From Atractiella rhizophila (Eukaryota): 64,000 nt of DNA. The position numbers and the translations under genes are program-made. This document shows, piece by piece, positions 15,601 to 28,556 of this stretch (its first letter is position 1; the number at the start of each line of letters is the position of its first letter). The notes beneath the pieces are model-generated. The model worked only from the letters and a program-made list of their open reading frames with translations, did not search any database and had not been told where the DNA came from. The stretch is from contig MU271211.1 in the NCBI GenBank assembly GCA_021432655.1, positions 1 to 64,000 of the forward strand, in the 5' to 3' direction.

Positions 15601-16121
15601 GACGGTTACAAGTGAAAGTCACCAACCAAGTGTCAAAAGTGAGGTGGGAAGGGTTAAGTATATGTATGAATACCTTTTTATCCTCACGCCGCATACCATA
15701 CACCCGAACCACCTGGATCAGGACGGCCCAGCGAAACGGTCAACACTGATACGCGTGTACCTTTCACAAGCCGCAGTTGACCAGAGTTATGTGCGAGGTC
15801 TTCAAGTTATGTACTCGCTGGCACAATGAGAGTCAAGGGCAGGGTTTACAATACTGTGAAGGCATTGTACTGAGCCATTGCGTCGACTTGATCTCTGATT
15901 CTTAAAACGCTCTGCCAAACAGAACTGGCAACGCACTGGGCCATCAGCCAGTGGACCGTAATAATTTAGGTGCGTTTCGCGAGTTCTAACTTCTTGTCTG
16001 CGCTGAGCCTTTCATGGCTGTCTCGTTCCCCTTCCTGACTGAGTTATTCTCATGTGCACGTGCAATCTAATTGACCAACAACGATCATACAGCCGATACA
16101 GGCAACAAGGATCAGACGCAA

Positions 16122-16910
16122 ATGGCTCCAAAAGGGAAAGGGAAAGGCGGTGGTAGGTTCATGTGGGATGTGAAGCTGAATCTGACAGAAAGCAGATGGA
16201 GGAGGTGCAGACAAGCTCAAGAGTGCGAACAGCATCAAAGTGAGTTTTCAGTTCCTCACAAGAGCGTGTCTGGATGTGAAATAAAAATTGGATGCGTGTA
16301 CGAAACATTGAGTGTGGAGATGCACCGTAGCAGTGACAAGTTACACGCAAGTGGTCTCATAAGCCAGAATTCACATTCCATTCGAATAATGGATAACCTA
16401 GCTAGACGAGAAAGCTGATTTGCCCTAGGTTCGCCACATCCTGACAGAGAAGCAACGTTAGTGTGTTGGTTCACTCTCACATTCGCCTAAATGGTCGCAA
16501 AGAACCTGCGTTGACTGCAATCGAGCGTTTGAAAGCTGGCGAATCATTTGACAAAGTTGCAAGTGATGTTTCTGAAGACAAAGCCCGACAAGGGGGTAGC
16601 TTGGGATGGATGAACAGAGGGTACATCTTTACATCCTGAATCCTCGGTCGTACATGACACTGTGAAAGATCCATGGTCGGCGAATTTCAGGAAGCCGCTT
16701 TCGCTCTGCAACCGTCATCAGTGTCGAATCCTGTCTACACTAATCCTCCAATCAAAACTAAATTTGTTCGTCTTTCACTCCCTACGTAGCAGGTGGTTCG
16801 TTTAGTGCTTAAAACTCGGTAGGGGTATCATGTCATAATGGTATGCTTCCATTTTCTTGGACGACTTGACGGTTCGGTTCAAACTTCTGCAGGTTGAGGA
16901 TCGCAAGTAA
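16122..16910 (+). CDS. PIN4: Parvulin-type peptidyl-prolyl isomerase Par14/Pin4
   Basis: Spliced product [93 protein letters not shown] at 16908-16910. Confidence 0.92.
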
Positions 16911-17618
16911 AAAGCAAGAGCTCCAAATTGTACGAAATATTATAGCGGAAGCAAATATTGGTTTAACCGATTTATGTCTTCTTTGCAAGTTGTCAGATTT
17001 CATAGAGAGTACAAGATGTCCTTCATCTCTGAGCACAGAATCATCAAATCCACTTGGTCACTTCCATGAACATTTGGGAAGAAGAGGACAGATCAGCAAG
17101 CCGTAATCAAACAATTTCATTGGTCTAAGAATAAGAGTGGGAATTCGAAACCGATGGAGGGCTAAACCTGAAACTAAGTGAACTTGAAGCACAGCAACAT
17201 CTACTTTCCTCCCTCCTTTCCCACCCAGAATGTGGCTTGATCGATAATTGATTTGAAAGTAGGAAAGGTTGAAATCGGTGAACTTGAGTTGTTGTGAATA
17301 AAAACAGAAATGATTGCTACATCTCCTTCGAGACATGCTTGCTATATGCACGAGATTGAATCGGTTAGACTATCGGTCGGGGTAAGGGGGATAGGGGTGG
17401 ATAAAGTTGATTTCAGGAAAAACGAAGCAAAAAAATGAAGCGAGCGATTGGGGAAAAGGATGACAGACCAGGAACGGATAGATTTAACGATGAGTAGGAG
17501 CTGAAACTGAAACAGAGCAGAGCGGGGAGGGACAAAGACCAAGACTGTTAATACATGCAACTTCCAAACTCTACATTCACTGAACTCCAAATGAGGAAAA
17601 ATTGCAGTTATCGTAAGA

Positions 17619-19995
17619 TCATGGTCCGACATCCATGCTGGTAGAATCCTTCTCTTCTTCGGCAGGAAGCCAAATTCGAACTGTATTGTCGTCTCCTGCG
17701 CTCGCCATCATCGCTCGATGAGCAGGGTTCCAATGAACCATGTTGACGCAACCCTTGGTGTGGCCCTTCAAGACCTGGATAGGTTCAGATTCGGAGCGAT
17801 GCCAGGCGTAGATAAGACCGTCTTTCATCCTTAACATGAGCGACTTCCACATGAAGCGAGAAAGAGAATACATGCCTTCACTTCCGCTGACGATAAAATT
17901 CTGCGAGTCCCCCCCAAAGCACGACCTTATGACTTGTTTGAACTGCCGTTGACCCTTATACGTCTTGACAATCTTCCGCCGGTCCAAATCAAGGAGGTGG
18001 ATCTCCTACAATTTTATGTAAGCGCTTGTTTAAATGAGCCAGAAGCGAAATTGACGCACGTCAGGAGCTTGATTGATGATGGCATACTTCGAGTCCTTGG
18101 AGATGTCCACACAAGTCATTTCGTTCTTCTGAACAAGAAATGGTCCTTCTTCCCGCATATTCTCCACATCGTAGAAGTGGATCCTCCGCTCTAGTCTCGT
18201 CACGCTAGTGCTCATCATCCTTCCATAAGCGACATCACTGCTATCTGAGCTAGACGAGCCCCCTCGACCAGCCCTGCCACCTACCCCTCCGTTGAGTTCT
18301 TCTAGCGGTATTTCTGCACGTCCAACGACCACGAGACGCTTGCCATCGGGTGAGATGCACATCTCGACAAGTCGAGTGGGAGAGACGGTCCACATATTAG
18401 TGACTTGTCCGGAGAGGTCCCAGAAGAGCACCTTCATGTCCATGCTGCAGGAAACGAAGGATTGACCGTCAGGGAGGAAACAGAGGGAGCCAATGGGATA
18501 CGTGTGTTGGTCTATTCGGTTGAGAAGCTTTCCATCCTTTACCACAGTCCATCAATCACCATTCATCTATATAGAGAGGGGAATAGGATAGGGATGCATA
18601 CCGATACCCGCCACATGCGAATGATCTCTTCACAACTCGTCAGGAGCAACGTATCGTCGGGGCTCCACGCCACCACCATGACATGGTATTCATGGTCGTC
18701 GAGGTCCCAAAGGATCCTCCAACTGTCTCCTGGCCGATCAGGGACCGCCCAAATAATCGCTCGATTGTCCCTTCCTGCGGTAACGAGCAGTCGACCGTCG
18801 TTACTGAACTTACAAAGCCAGACTTCGTCTCGATGGGCGCGAAGCGTATCTGCGTTCCGTATTGGGAACAGTGTTGAGGGACAGCGATGGTCGACCAGGA
18901 GGGAATGGTGTGGTGGCGAGGGAGTCGACCGAGGGAGATGATATAAGCATGCCTTCTCTTGGTGCTTTACGGCTTGTTGTAGAAGGGAGAGGAAACGCCG
19001 TGGTGGGAGCATGAGAGAAGGGGGTATGTTTGCTATCCAAGCGCTATAGATGAGATATAGTGTGGAGGAAGAGAGACTGCGGACCTTGTATTGATGTGAG
19101 AAGGTGCTGTCGTGAACTACCTGCCGCGCCATCCCAATGAGCCCGCTCCTTGATATCTTCGACAGGAGACATCATGAGGCTGTTTCTCGAGTAAACAAAG
19201 GCATTCCCTTATAAGTGGAGGCTAACCTGGAAAGAAAGGCGACTTTGTCGACGTTATGGTTAAGGGGTGTTATCTCGTTCCGAAGACACATAATAGCTTT
19301 CCGGTCGTCTCCCTTCTCTAATAACTCCAGGTATTTCTGCTGAGCTATGAGAAACTTGACATTCTATGGAAGAATGTGGTTAGCCCAGGGAGACATGAAG
19401 GATGACGTAGAACGTACTGTCAATGCTTCCTTCGAATTCAGGGGTAGAGCTCCGTCCGTGAGAATCTTTGAAATAGCTTCCCATTGGCCATTCAGAATGC
19501 CATGTTTGAAAGCAGTGATGGTGTCAGTTTCTAGACTGATCCCCGACTCTCTCTGTAGCGTTTCCGCTGTCTCCCTTTTCCCGAAACGACCCAATTCACA
19601 TCTGAAATCAAGGAAACAAAGCTTAGTAGTACTCACGCATAACCAGCGTCCCTCAACATCTGCAAGCTAAGTCTCACGACCTCCTCTCTCTCGAACCCGC
19701 TTCCCTCCCAAATCTCCCTCTCCCTCTCTTTGCCCTTCCCATTCAGAGAGATGGAAAGTCCATTGGACGTTCCATTGGTGGCTGAGGCCGCCAAAGCTGG
19801 TTTGAGAGCGCTTCTTTCGGGCAGGGAATCTGATTTGGCTGAGGGAGACTTCATCGGGTTGTTGGCTTGGGAGGTGGAAGGAGGGATGGGAGCCGGTTGA
19901 GACCTGCGGGGACGTTTGAGGGGGGGCTCGTTGGAAGGCGAAGTCGACGATAACGAACGAGGTCGTCGGAGTGAGTTGGCTGGACGAGGATTCAT
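17619..19995 (-). CDS. GID7: GID/CTLH E3 complex subunit Gid7/WDR26
   Basis: LisH-like REEVVRLSLQMLRDAGY, AETLQRESG, CTLH-like ISQQKYLELLE, MLPPRRFLSLLQQA..CLYH, WD repeats HRDEVWLCKFSNDG, YKGQRQFKQVIRSCFGG..FIVSGSE, GHTKGCVNMVHWNP..ASAGDDNTVRIW. Confidence 0.9.
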
Positions 19996-21072
19996 GGTCA
20001 GCCAGTGCCTACCCTCGCTGTAAATGATAAGATGGATGCTCACAAGGGCGTTGATCCGACAGATTGATTGGTTTGGAGATGCTTTCTGAGACTTGGTTGT
20101 TACTTCATCGCTCTGCCACATTTCCGCCGATCACTCTCACTCATAACCACCACAACCAACAAACGAAACCATAGAGCTAGAAGGCCAAATGTAACGCAAA
20201 TAGAGTGGAAGCGGGCAGCCTAGGTGGGTGCTCAAGTGTCGTGTTTTCACCAAAGAGGAGGAGTGTTTCATTCAGGGGTTACGTGCCGCTCAGGAGCTTC
20301 CACTAGCATATGGAGCTAGTGCTAGAGGTACTTCTGACTACTCATAAAATACAACACTCGTTGGTAGGACTTTCGTGTCGAAGTGAAAAAATAATGAGCT
20401 TTCTCTCCGCGAAGGAATACCCCTGTTCTCATGATGCATGCTCCTGACATTGCTAAACCCTCACCACTGTTAGCATCTGATGCTAGTTGCTGCTCGTACG
20501 TTGTAATGTGGATGAAATTATGGTCGACTGTAGTGGAACTATACCGCATCAGCGTTGTGATCCATGCGATGACTGAAGAAGTGTCTATTCCGCCTGTCAA
20601 TGACAATGAGGCGGAGTTGTTATAAACCAATCTCAGGTTTATAGACATCAATATTGCGTACTGGGCATCGACTATTGGACAAATGAAGATATGTTTTTGC
20701 CCAAATACCGAAAAAAAAAACTGAGAGGGCTGAATGATGCAATACTCACTATGAGATCGATAACCAGATTGATAGGCACCATGATTACAATGCAGTCAGG
20801 ATTGGAATCGTCTTCGGCCGTGTTCAATCGTCAATATTTGTTTGTCGCACTGAAATTGTGAGCATGAATGGTAAATGAGATGAATGAAGCCAGGAGATAC
20901 CCACAGTAAACGGTACGGGTTCTGACGGTTGCTGCTATGCTGACCTGCTAGTACGTTCCACACGGTGGCAATAGATTTGTGGCCGGTTCCAGCTAAAGTT
21001 GTGCAAAGAATACACAAGACATGATCTAGTCTTGCTTGTATGCTTGTACTAAGGGTTTGAGACATAAGCGAG

Positions 21073-21152
21073 CCTTCTGTGATGTAGCGGTAGCATCTGA
21101 GATTCTGATTTCCAGACTTTCTCATCACCCCGGTTCGAATCCGGGCAGGAGG
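21073..21152 (+). tRNA. tRNA-Gln (anticodon CTG) with a 10-nt canonical-position intron (21109-21118)
   Basis: Acceptor stem CCTTCTG/CAGGAGG; D arm ATGT-AGCGGTA-GCAT; anticodon stem TGAGA/TCTCA with loop TT-CTG-A|intron|T; T arm CCCGG-TTCGAAT-CCGGG. The intron CAGA can pair with the anticodon. T6 Pol III terminator follows. Confidence 0.88.
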
Positions 21153-21156
21153 TCAT

Positions 21157-21162
21157 CTTTTT
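21157..21162 (+). terminator. RNA polymerase III oligo-T terminator of the tRNA-Gln gene
   Basis: TTTTTT 4 nt after the discriminator base. Confidence 0.75.
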
Positions 21163-21266
21163 GGTGCATGACCCAATATTTTTTTGTCGCTTTTCCTCCT
21201 GGTATCAGGTATTGCCGTTCCCCAACCACCCACATAACTTCATCGCATCCACGAAAGGTGCAGGCG

Positions 21267-24200
21267 ATGGCACTACCAGAGTCGCTCTACGCGCTGTCCC
21301 AGTCACGGGCGAGTTCCCCTTCCACGTCAAAGAACGCCTCCGCGCGCTCGTCGCCCCATATTTCCACCGCTTCAGCCACCTCAGTCCTCCACTCGCTCGA
21401 TCCAATCCTCAGCTCGTACTCCAAGCTCTACAACCAGCTCAGCAGCACAAGGTCGTCCCCTGACAGCTCTCCTAAGGCGGCGCATAGGGCTTTGAAGAGG
21501 GCAAAGGGGAAGGAGAAGGGGAAGGGGAAGGAGAGGGATGTTGGGAATACGAGCAGTTTCGCTAGTAATTCAGAGACGAACTATGGCACCGAGGGGCTTC
21601 TCTGACAGCGAGGAGGAGGAGGAGGATAAGGCGACTGCTGATGAGAAAGAGGCACCTGGTGCGTTGGACGAGGATGGGATCGAGGGAAAGTGGAAGTTCG
21701 AAGACCTTGCTGCTCCGCTCAACGCGAGCTTTGTCAAGTTCCTCAAGCCGCCCCAACCATTGTCACGCCCATAGAACCTTCCGTACAGGCTTCAGAACCC
21801 CTTCCAAGACGCCCGTCGCCCACTCCGACCCCTAAGAGACAGGAGCGCACGTCTGTTCATGAGCTCCTCGTGGAGAGGAAGGTGCCCGATCGAAAGCCCG
21901 GGTTGCAGTCGACTCTCGAAGGCATGGTCTCGGAGTTTCAGAACAGTATCTCCTCGTCACCTTACTCTTTCGGTGGCGGAGGAGAGAGAGAGGGCAGAGT
22001 AGGCAAGAAGGAGAAGGCACGAGGGTCCAAGCGATCGAGGTCTCCTCTCAAACTTCCTAGGGAAACCATCAAACGCAGCCACTCCCCAATTCCCCCTAGC
22101 CATCCAAGAACCTCCAGGGATGACGCTCAGCTACAAGCTCGTCGAGGGTCATCGATGGAGGTTCAGAAAGAGCCTTGCGTGGAAGCAAAGCAAGACAGCG
22201 CCAAGTCGCTCAGGCTCTATTTCAGGTTCTCTCTCATCCCTTCCACACTCATTCTCTGCTTCTCCCTCACCCTTCTCGTCTATCGTTTCTCTACCCTCCC
22301 AACATCTCCGCTCCCTCCAAGCTTTCTCGCATTCTGTTCTCTCTTTGTCTTCCTAATCTCTATCGTTCGACTCACTCCCGACTCCTACCTCATGGTTCCC
22401 TTCACCGATGAACGCGGTTATCGCTCCGCGAAGCTGGCAGATGATGGGAGCATGTTCAGCTTCGCCATGCCCATCCTACTCGCCGGAGGCTGCTACTGGG
22501 ACACCTTCCGAGACCGCACTCCCCCTCTTCCAGGCCTATCCACACTTCCCGAAATCTGGCTCGCTCAAGGTTTCGCATCCACAACCCAGTCCGCTGAACC
22601 CCCCATCTCCTCCACCGACCCGCTCTTGGAAGGTAGAGCATCCTGTTAGGGATCATGTTCATTTCTCTCTCACTCTCGCCTTCCAAATCTCCCTCGCCTC
22701 CTTCTTCCTCCTCCCATCCGTCATCTCTCGAAGTAACACCCGGAGGTGGTTCGGCGCCAACACGCTCTCGATCGGCATCTCCGCCCTCGTAGGCGCATTG
22801 TTGTGGGCGATGGGCGAACACACATGGAGGCTGTTTCACGTTCGTCCGTGGGAAGCAGCCCTCAGCAGCTTCGTCTATCAGTCGAGCCATTATATGATCT
22901 CTCGATTAGCCCGACGGGGCTTCACTCTCGGCGAGCTGAGCATTGTGAGTGGGACCGGAAACGCTTTGTTCATCGAATTCATACGGCTTTCCATCTCTCG
23001 AGTGCGTCCCCCCCCCCTCCCCCAATCCGCAATAGCATAGACTGACGAAGAGCGATCACAAAGTGGTACTTCCCCCGAGGCCACCCTCACATCCCCTCCC
23101 TCTTCCGAAACCCGACCGCACTCGTATCCTTCCAACACATGCTCATCCCCGGCTCCTTCTTCATCGGCTTCTGTCTCGCGCCCATGCTCATCATGTCCCG
23201 ACACTTGGGGCAACAGCGGTCGTACCGGCTGAAGAGCACGCCGTCGGAGAGGGAGAGGATGCGCAAGCTCTTCGCCGCCGGCGTCTACCTCGGCCTCGTC
23301 CTCATCGTCTTCCTCGTCCTCGGACTCTGGGAAGGCTGGATCCTCGGCCGTGGAATCTCCTTGCTCAGACCTTGGGCTTGGGTCCTCAAGTGGGTGTTTT
23401 TGGGGAGCGATGGGGCGGAGAGGGACGGGGAGAGGGGCGGGATTGGGTGGACGAGGTGGAAGAGGATCATGTTGGTTTATTATTGGGCTGCTGTCGTCAT
23501 CCTCGCCGTCGGAGGGTGGCAGAGCAAGTTTGCGAAGATGAAGAAGATGCGGAGAGCCGGTGTGGGCGTCAATGCGTCGACGTCGAAGGATGGAGAGGGA
23601 AAGGACGCGCTCGAGAGGAGGGGTCATGTCAGCCTCAATCTCAGGAGAAAGTTCTTTCATGCTCTGGCTGTCGCTCTCTTTGCGCCAGGGATCGTGGTAG
23701 ATGTGCGTCCCTCCCTCTTACAACATCAGACAAACTCATGTGCTTACTTGGAACAGCCCGCATTTACCTCCCTCGCCTTCTCCCTCGCCTTCTCCATCTT
23801 CACTTTCGCTGAGTATGCACGGTACTTCGCTCTATATCCGATAGGAGGAGCCATGCACGTTTTCTTCGCTGAGTTCGTGGACGCAAAGGATGCCGGACCA
23901 GTCATCATGAGCCATTTCTTCCTTCTCACAGGATGCGGGGGAGCGTTGTGGCTGGAAGGGAACGGGATAAAGCAGTACACTGGCTTATTAGTCCTCGGTG
24001 TCGGCGACGCTTTGGTACAATTTTCTACATTCTCTCCTCGTCTTGTGTATAAGGTATCTGACGAATGAATGATTAGGCGTCGATTGTAGGTCGCAAAATT
24101 GGTCGACTTCGTTGGCCTGGAACCTCAAAAACTGTCGAAGGCACCATCGCCTTCGTGCTCTCCGTTCATTTTGTTGCACTCTTAATTCGTTTTTTTGGAT

Positions 24201-24397
24201 TGGTGGAATACTTTAGTGTACGCCTCCCCCTTTTGTACAAGTCTCATTCTGCGCACAGGCTGACGCGAACGGGATAGGCCACCAAGTATCTATTAGCAGT
24301 CGTTCTTGCGGGTCTCTTGGAGGCCACTTCAAATCAGAACGATAATATTGTCATTCCTATCTACATGTGGGCAACGTTGTCATTGTTAGATGTCTGA
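21267..24397 (+). CDS. SEC59: Dolichol kinase Sec59 with long N-terminal extension; reading-frame anomaly at 21565-21774
   Basis: GFTLGEL, LNLRRKFFHALAV, FAEYARYF, EFVDAKDAGPVIMSHFFLLTGC, GLLVLGVGDAL|ASIVGRKIG..WPGTSKTVEG, LLEATSNQNDNIVIP; TGA at 24395-24397. The N-terminal structure is uncertain (see findings). Confidence 0.88.
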
Positions 24398-24516
24398 GCA
24401 GCATCACTATTGGTATATGTAACCACCACTGCTACATTACTTAGACTCAAACTGAATTTGCATACCCACTTCAAAATAATGATCGATAGAACAGAACAGA
24501 GCACGAACGTAGAACG

Positions 24517-25854
24517 TCATAATTGTTTATGAGTGCGAACATGGATACCCAACTCTTTCAATACTGGAATGTACTTGACTGCGCTGTGATCCGCGTCACC
24601 CCAAACCGTCGCGCTTATTTGAGATCCCAGAACTACTTCCTGCAGAAGTTTCCAATCGCCTCGTCGTTTTTGGTACGCTATCAAATGCAGAGCGTACGCC
24701 CAAAGCTCGGTTTTATTAGTCGTTGACTGAAACTCGAAATCTGTTGGCCTTTCGCTCTGTGGGAATGCAACTGCCCATGGATACTCGATAGTCACATCTG
24801 GTTCAGGAAACTGGACAAGTTGCTCCAGGACAAGTACCGTGGTCGTGGAGGCTGCGAATCGTTCGAGAATTACGTCGATTGGCAGAATATCGACGTAGAA
24901 TCGTTGGATCTCGAAGAGCTCCAACCTGTTCAATTTCTTCAGGTTACCCAACACTGCCGGAGTGTCGTCTCGCTTGGTTTCGTCAGTGATGAGGCAGTGA
25001 CGAATAGACAGTGTTTCGAGCGAAGAGGAAACAGTGGACAGAAGCTCTTGCAGGGTGGTCATCGAGAGCCAACCCGGTTGGTTCGGCGCTCGGACGCGAA
25101 TGATTTCTAGCTTTCGTAAGGGTGGGAAGGTGGGGTAAGGGTCCAGCTGAGCGAGCAGTTCGCAGCAGTGAAGTAGCAACGTCTGAAGTAATGGAAAAGC
25201 AGCGACAATGTCTGCCCAGTCAGTGAACCATGGCGATTTGAGAACTAGAGTATGCAGCGTGAATCGCTGCTGCATGCTCACAAAGCAATGATTAAAAAGA
25301 CCAAAACCATTAGTACCCTCGTTTTCGAGCGCCAAAAGATGTACGGAAGGAGAAGATTGGATCACGAGCATCAGTTGTTGCAGGACCACTTCGGTATTGA
25401 TGCCACCTCCTAATATGCTCGTTGTCATGCCGGTAATAATATTCACATCTCGTATATTGTTGTCGGGGAAATGTAAGAACTCTGACAGCCGATGGCGAAG
25501 ATAATGAGCTGTCCACAATCTCTCCAAACGAACGCAGACTCTTTTGGCGGCAAGTATACAAGTCGGAGGGAGAACGTTGGCCAAAGGCTCCACAGTAAGT
25601 TCTTTGGGGACCTGGATAGATATTGTCTCGAAAAGAAAAGGGATGACGAGCGACCGCAACCGTCTGGAAACAAGGCTAAAAGCGAGGAGGTCGGATGTCG
25701 AGCCAGCAATCCTGGAAAAGTACAGGTGCTCCACAACATGCAACTGCAGTTCCGGTGGGAGGTCTCCAAGTCTAAAGCAGGTAGATTGGGTGTCCGTCCG
25801 TTTAAGGCGACTATTCACTGCGCATGCATTTCTGATCAATAATGGTTCATGCAC
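24517..25854 (-). CDS. F-box protein with leucine-rich-repeat-like C-terminus (apparently intronless)
   Basis: 445-aa ORF; F-box FRLGDLPPELQLHVVEHL..LLAFSLVSRRLRSLVIPFLF; LxxLxL repeats (LHTLVL, LQTLLL, LRKLEI, LETLSI, LNRLEL). Confidence 0.78.
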   Translation of the reverse strand: MHEPLLIRNACAVNSRLKRTDTQSTCFRLGDLPPELQLHVVEHLYFSRIAGSTSDLLAFSLVSRRLRSLVIPFLFETISIQVPKELTVEPLANVLPPTCILAAKRVCVRLERLWTAHYLRHRLSEFLHFPDNNIRDVNIITGMTTSILGGGINTEVVLQQLMLVIQSSPSVHLLALENEGTNGFGLFNHCFVSMQQRFTLHTLVLKSPWFTDWADIVAAFPLLQTLLLHCCELLAQLDPYPTFPPLRKLEIIRVRAPNQPGWLSMTTLQELLSTVSSSLETLSIRHCLITDETKRDDTPAVLGNLKKLNRLELFEIQRFYVDILPIDVILERFAASTTTVLVLEQLVQFPEPDVTIEYPWAVAFPQSERPTDFEFQSTTNKTELWAYALHLIAYQKRRGDWKLLQEVVLGSQISATVWGDADHSAVKYIPVLKELGIHVRTHKQL

Positions 25855-26257
25855 AGAGATAACGCTTGATGTGCTGAATAAGACTTAATCAAGTTCAAAG
25901 CAGTGGCTATGTAGAGATTCCTTTTGAGAACACCGTGTAGGTGTTGCCTTTCTTTATTCCGATGTATAAATGGACAGTCAAATGTATGGATCGCACACTT
26001 CATGGCATTCTGAGACGGGCTCCGGAAGTCTTTGTAAGAATGACGTACTTATAATAGACATCACAAAGATTTTCTATTCCACTCCCAATAAAGTCGCCTG
26101 GTCTCAATAAACACCAGTTAGACGCAAGTCATGGCAGTTGCTGCGCTTCTCCTTGTCTAATCGCTAATTCAAATAAGTTGTCAAACGTTAAATCTTTGTA
26201 ACAGCAACCATAAATCAGCGTAACACAGCAGTCTAGAAAGGGTCACGCTCACACAGT

Positions 26258-28556
26258 ATGGACATCGACTCCCCATTTGCTTCAGCACCCAGCAGCCAGA
26301 TACCCCTCGATCCTTCTCTATCCCAATCCTCAAGTGCTCCAACAGCAGCTGCAACACCCGCCGCACCAAGGATTAGACTCGTCTCTGGGTCAGGAACTAA
26401 GCCTCCCAGTCTTACTCCAAAGGCGTCCACGTCCAAAGTCCCATTGAAGAAGAAACCGGTCCCTGCTCCTCCAGCGCGTCGTCCTTCCACGCGCTCTTCA
26501 ACCGGAGCTCTGCGCCCTCTCAATATCAAGGATGGTGCTCCGGCTCCTGCTGCTTCGACTTCGTTGAAGGATAAGAACGCCAGGGTCAAGTTGAAGTTGA
26601 AAAAGGGAGGACCCGGTCAGGCACATTATAATGCTTTGATGCAGGGCTATGATCGGGAGCTGGACGATGAGGAGGAAAGCGATTATGATGAGCCCTTGCA
26701 TTTTGACGAGCATTTTATTCTGAGAATGCCGGATGGAGAGGATGCTGAAAAGTTGAGGGAGATGATCAGAAATAGGAGTTTAGGGAAGAAGAAGAAGAAG
26801 AGTGAAAGGATGCGTGATGGTGCAGGAGGGGAAGGGGAGAAGGAGGCAGAGGACGTTTGGTTTAGGTTTAAGGATAGTAGGAGAGCGGTGTTTGGATTGG
26901 GGAAGAAGAGTTGGAATGCTAAACTGGTGGACTTGCCATGCATCATCGAGAGCAGCAAGACGTTGGATAATCGTCACTTGTTCAAAGTTGGCGACATTTC
27001 TCAAGTACGTCTTTTTACATATTTCAATGAGAAAGCATAGGTTGAGGTCGTACGAAGATGTTGATCCTCGACGCGGATCCTATTCCTGAAGATAACGCGA
27101 CTAATTCTCGTCCCGAAGTCCACGAACCTTTCAACATTGAAGATTACGTCTATCCTCACGGAATAACTCCTCCTATGCACCATGTTCGGAAGAGGCGGTT
27201 CAAAAAACGCGTGAGCAAGCGAGTACGTTGTTCCCCACCTCACGACGCGTACTGTACTAACATCTGCGGATAGACCATCGAAGAGGTCGAACGCGTCGTT
27301 GAGAAGCTTTTACAGGAGGATCAAAAGGCTGAAAGGCATGAATGGGGCTAGTTGCCTTTTTCTCATTGCTTTAAGGGCAGCAAAGACTTAATAGGGATAT
27401 GTAGAACTCGTTCCTGCTCATCTCGATGACTCGGATGAGGACATTGACCAAACTATTGATCCACAACTAGGCGGAGAGGACGGTTCTCCGATGGCATTCG
27501 ACAAGGAAGAGGAAGATGAGGAGGATGAGGGCGATTTCGACCCTGAACTGCAAGCTGATATTGAGAAAGCAATGGCTGAATTTGACGACGATGAGGCGGG
27601 TGCTGCCGGGGCAGAGAAAGATACGGATGGGGATGGCGGGCTCTTCGGTAGCGAGGACGAGGATGATTCAGACGTTGATAGTGAGGATGAGGAAGACAGG
27701 GAGGAAGAAGGTGGTGAAGAAGACGAAGCTGCGACTAAGGAGCGACAGAGGTTGGAGATGTTGGAGGATGAAATCACAGATCTCGAGGATGCTTTGACTC
27801 GTAAGAGAGCGGAAGTCGGCCGTGCCGCCAACCCAATTATCAAGGTTCGTCTTCTGAGCACGTTAGCAGGATGCCACTGACTGGGTGGGACAGAAACGTT
27901 TCGAAGATCAAGCGAAGAAACTGGCCTCCGAACTCGAGCACAAGAGGACGCAAGTACACACGCTTAGCCAATCCCTCATTCGTCGAAAGGAGGAGCGAAT
28001 CGAACAAGAGTTGGTCCAACAGCAGGAAGCGGAGGAGAAGGCAGCAGAAGCCGCCGAACTCGAACGGACCAAGAGCGCAACGACCGATGCTGCCGCAGAA
28101 ACGCAAGGCCAAGAAGGGACGAAAGCTGCTGAAGTCGCAGACGGTGAGAAGAAGGATGATCGGATGGAAATTGATCCTACCCTCCTCAGCTCCGAACCCA
28201 CCACTCCATCGGCAGGACCGACTGCTCTTCGACATCCGACAGCGACAGCGAACTCGTCCCTTCCCAAGTCCAACCTCTCGTCGCGTCCCCAAACGCCGGC
28301 TGAAGAAGCCCTCCGTCGGGCTCGAGTTCAGCAGATCGAACAGGATAGGATGGCAGAAGAGGCTCAGGCCGAGTTGGAGAGCAGGATGACGGATCTACGC
28401 GTCCCTGATGAACCTGTTGCTGAGACAGCGGCGCAGACCCCAGCCGCTAATGCTGGTCAAGAAGAAGTGTCGAGTGCTAGGATTGATGAGATCCTGAGAG
28501 ATTTCTTTAAAGGTCAGGCTCAGCTCGCATCAGGGCAAGGAGGACAGGCTTGGTGA
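26258..28556 (+). CDS. TAF7: TFIID subunit Taf7 (TAFII55)
   Basis: FDEHFILRM, VWFRFKDSRRAVF, AKLVDLPCIIESSKTLD..FKVGDISQ|MLI, YPHGITPPMHHVRKRRFKKR, ANPIIK|KRFE; four introns, one with a probable GC donor near 27348. Confidence 0.93.

Noticed and set aside
22890..23812. Long alternative-frame and antisense ORFs over SEC59 (and similar ones over TAF7, the sirtuin and GH3)
   Set aside because: Shadow ORFs caused by GC-rich codon usage of the real genes.
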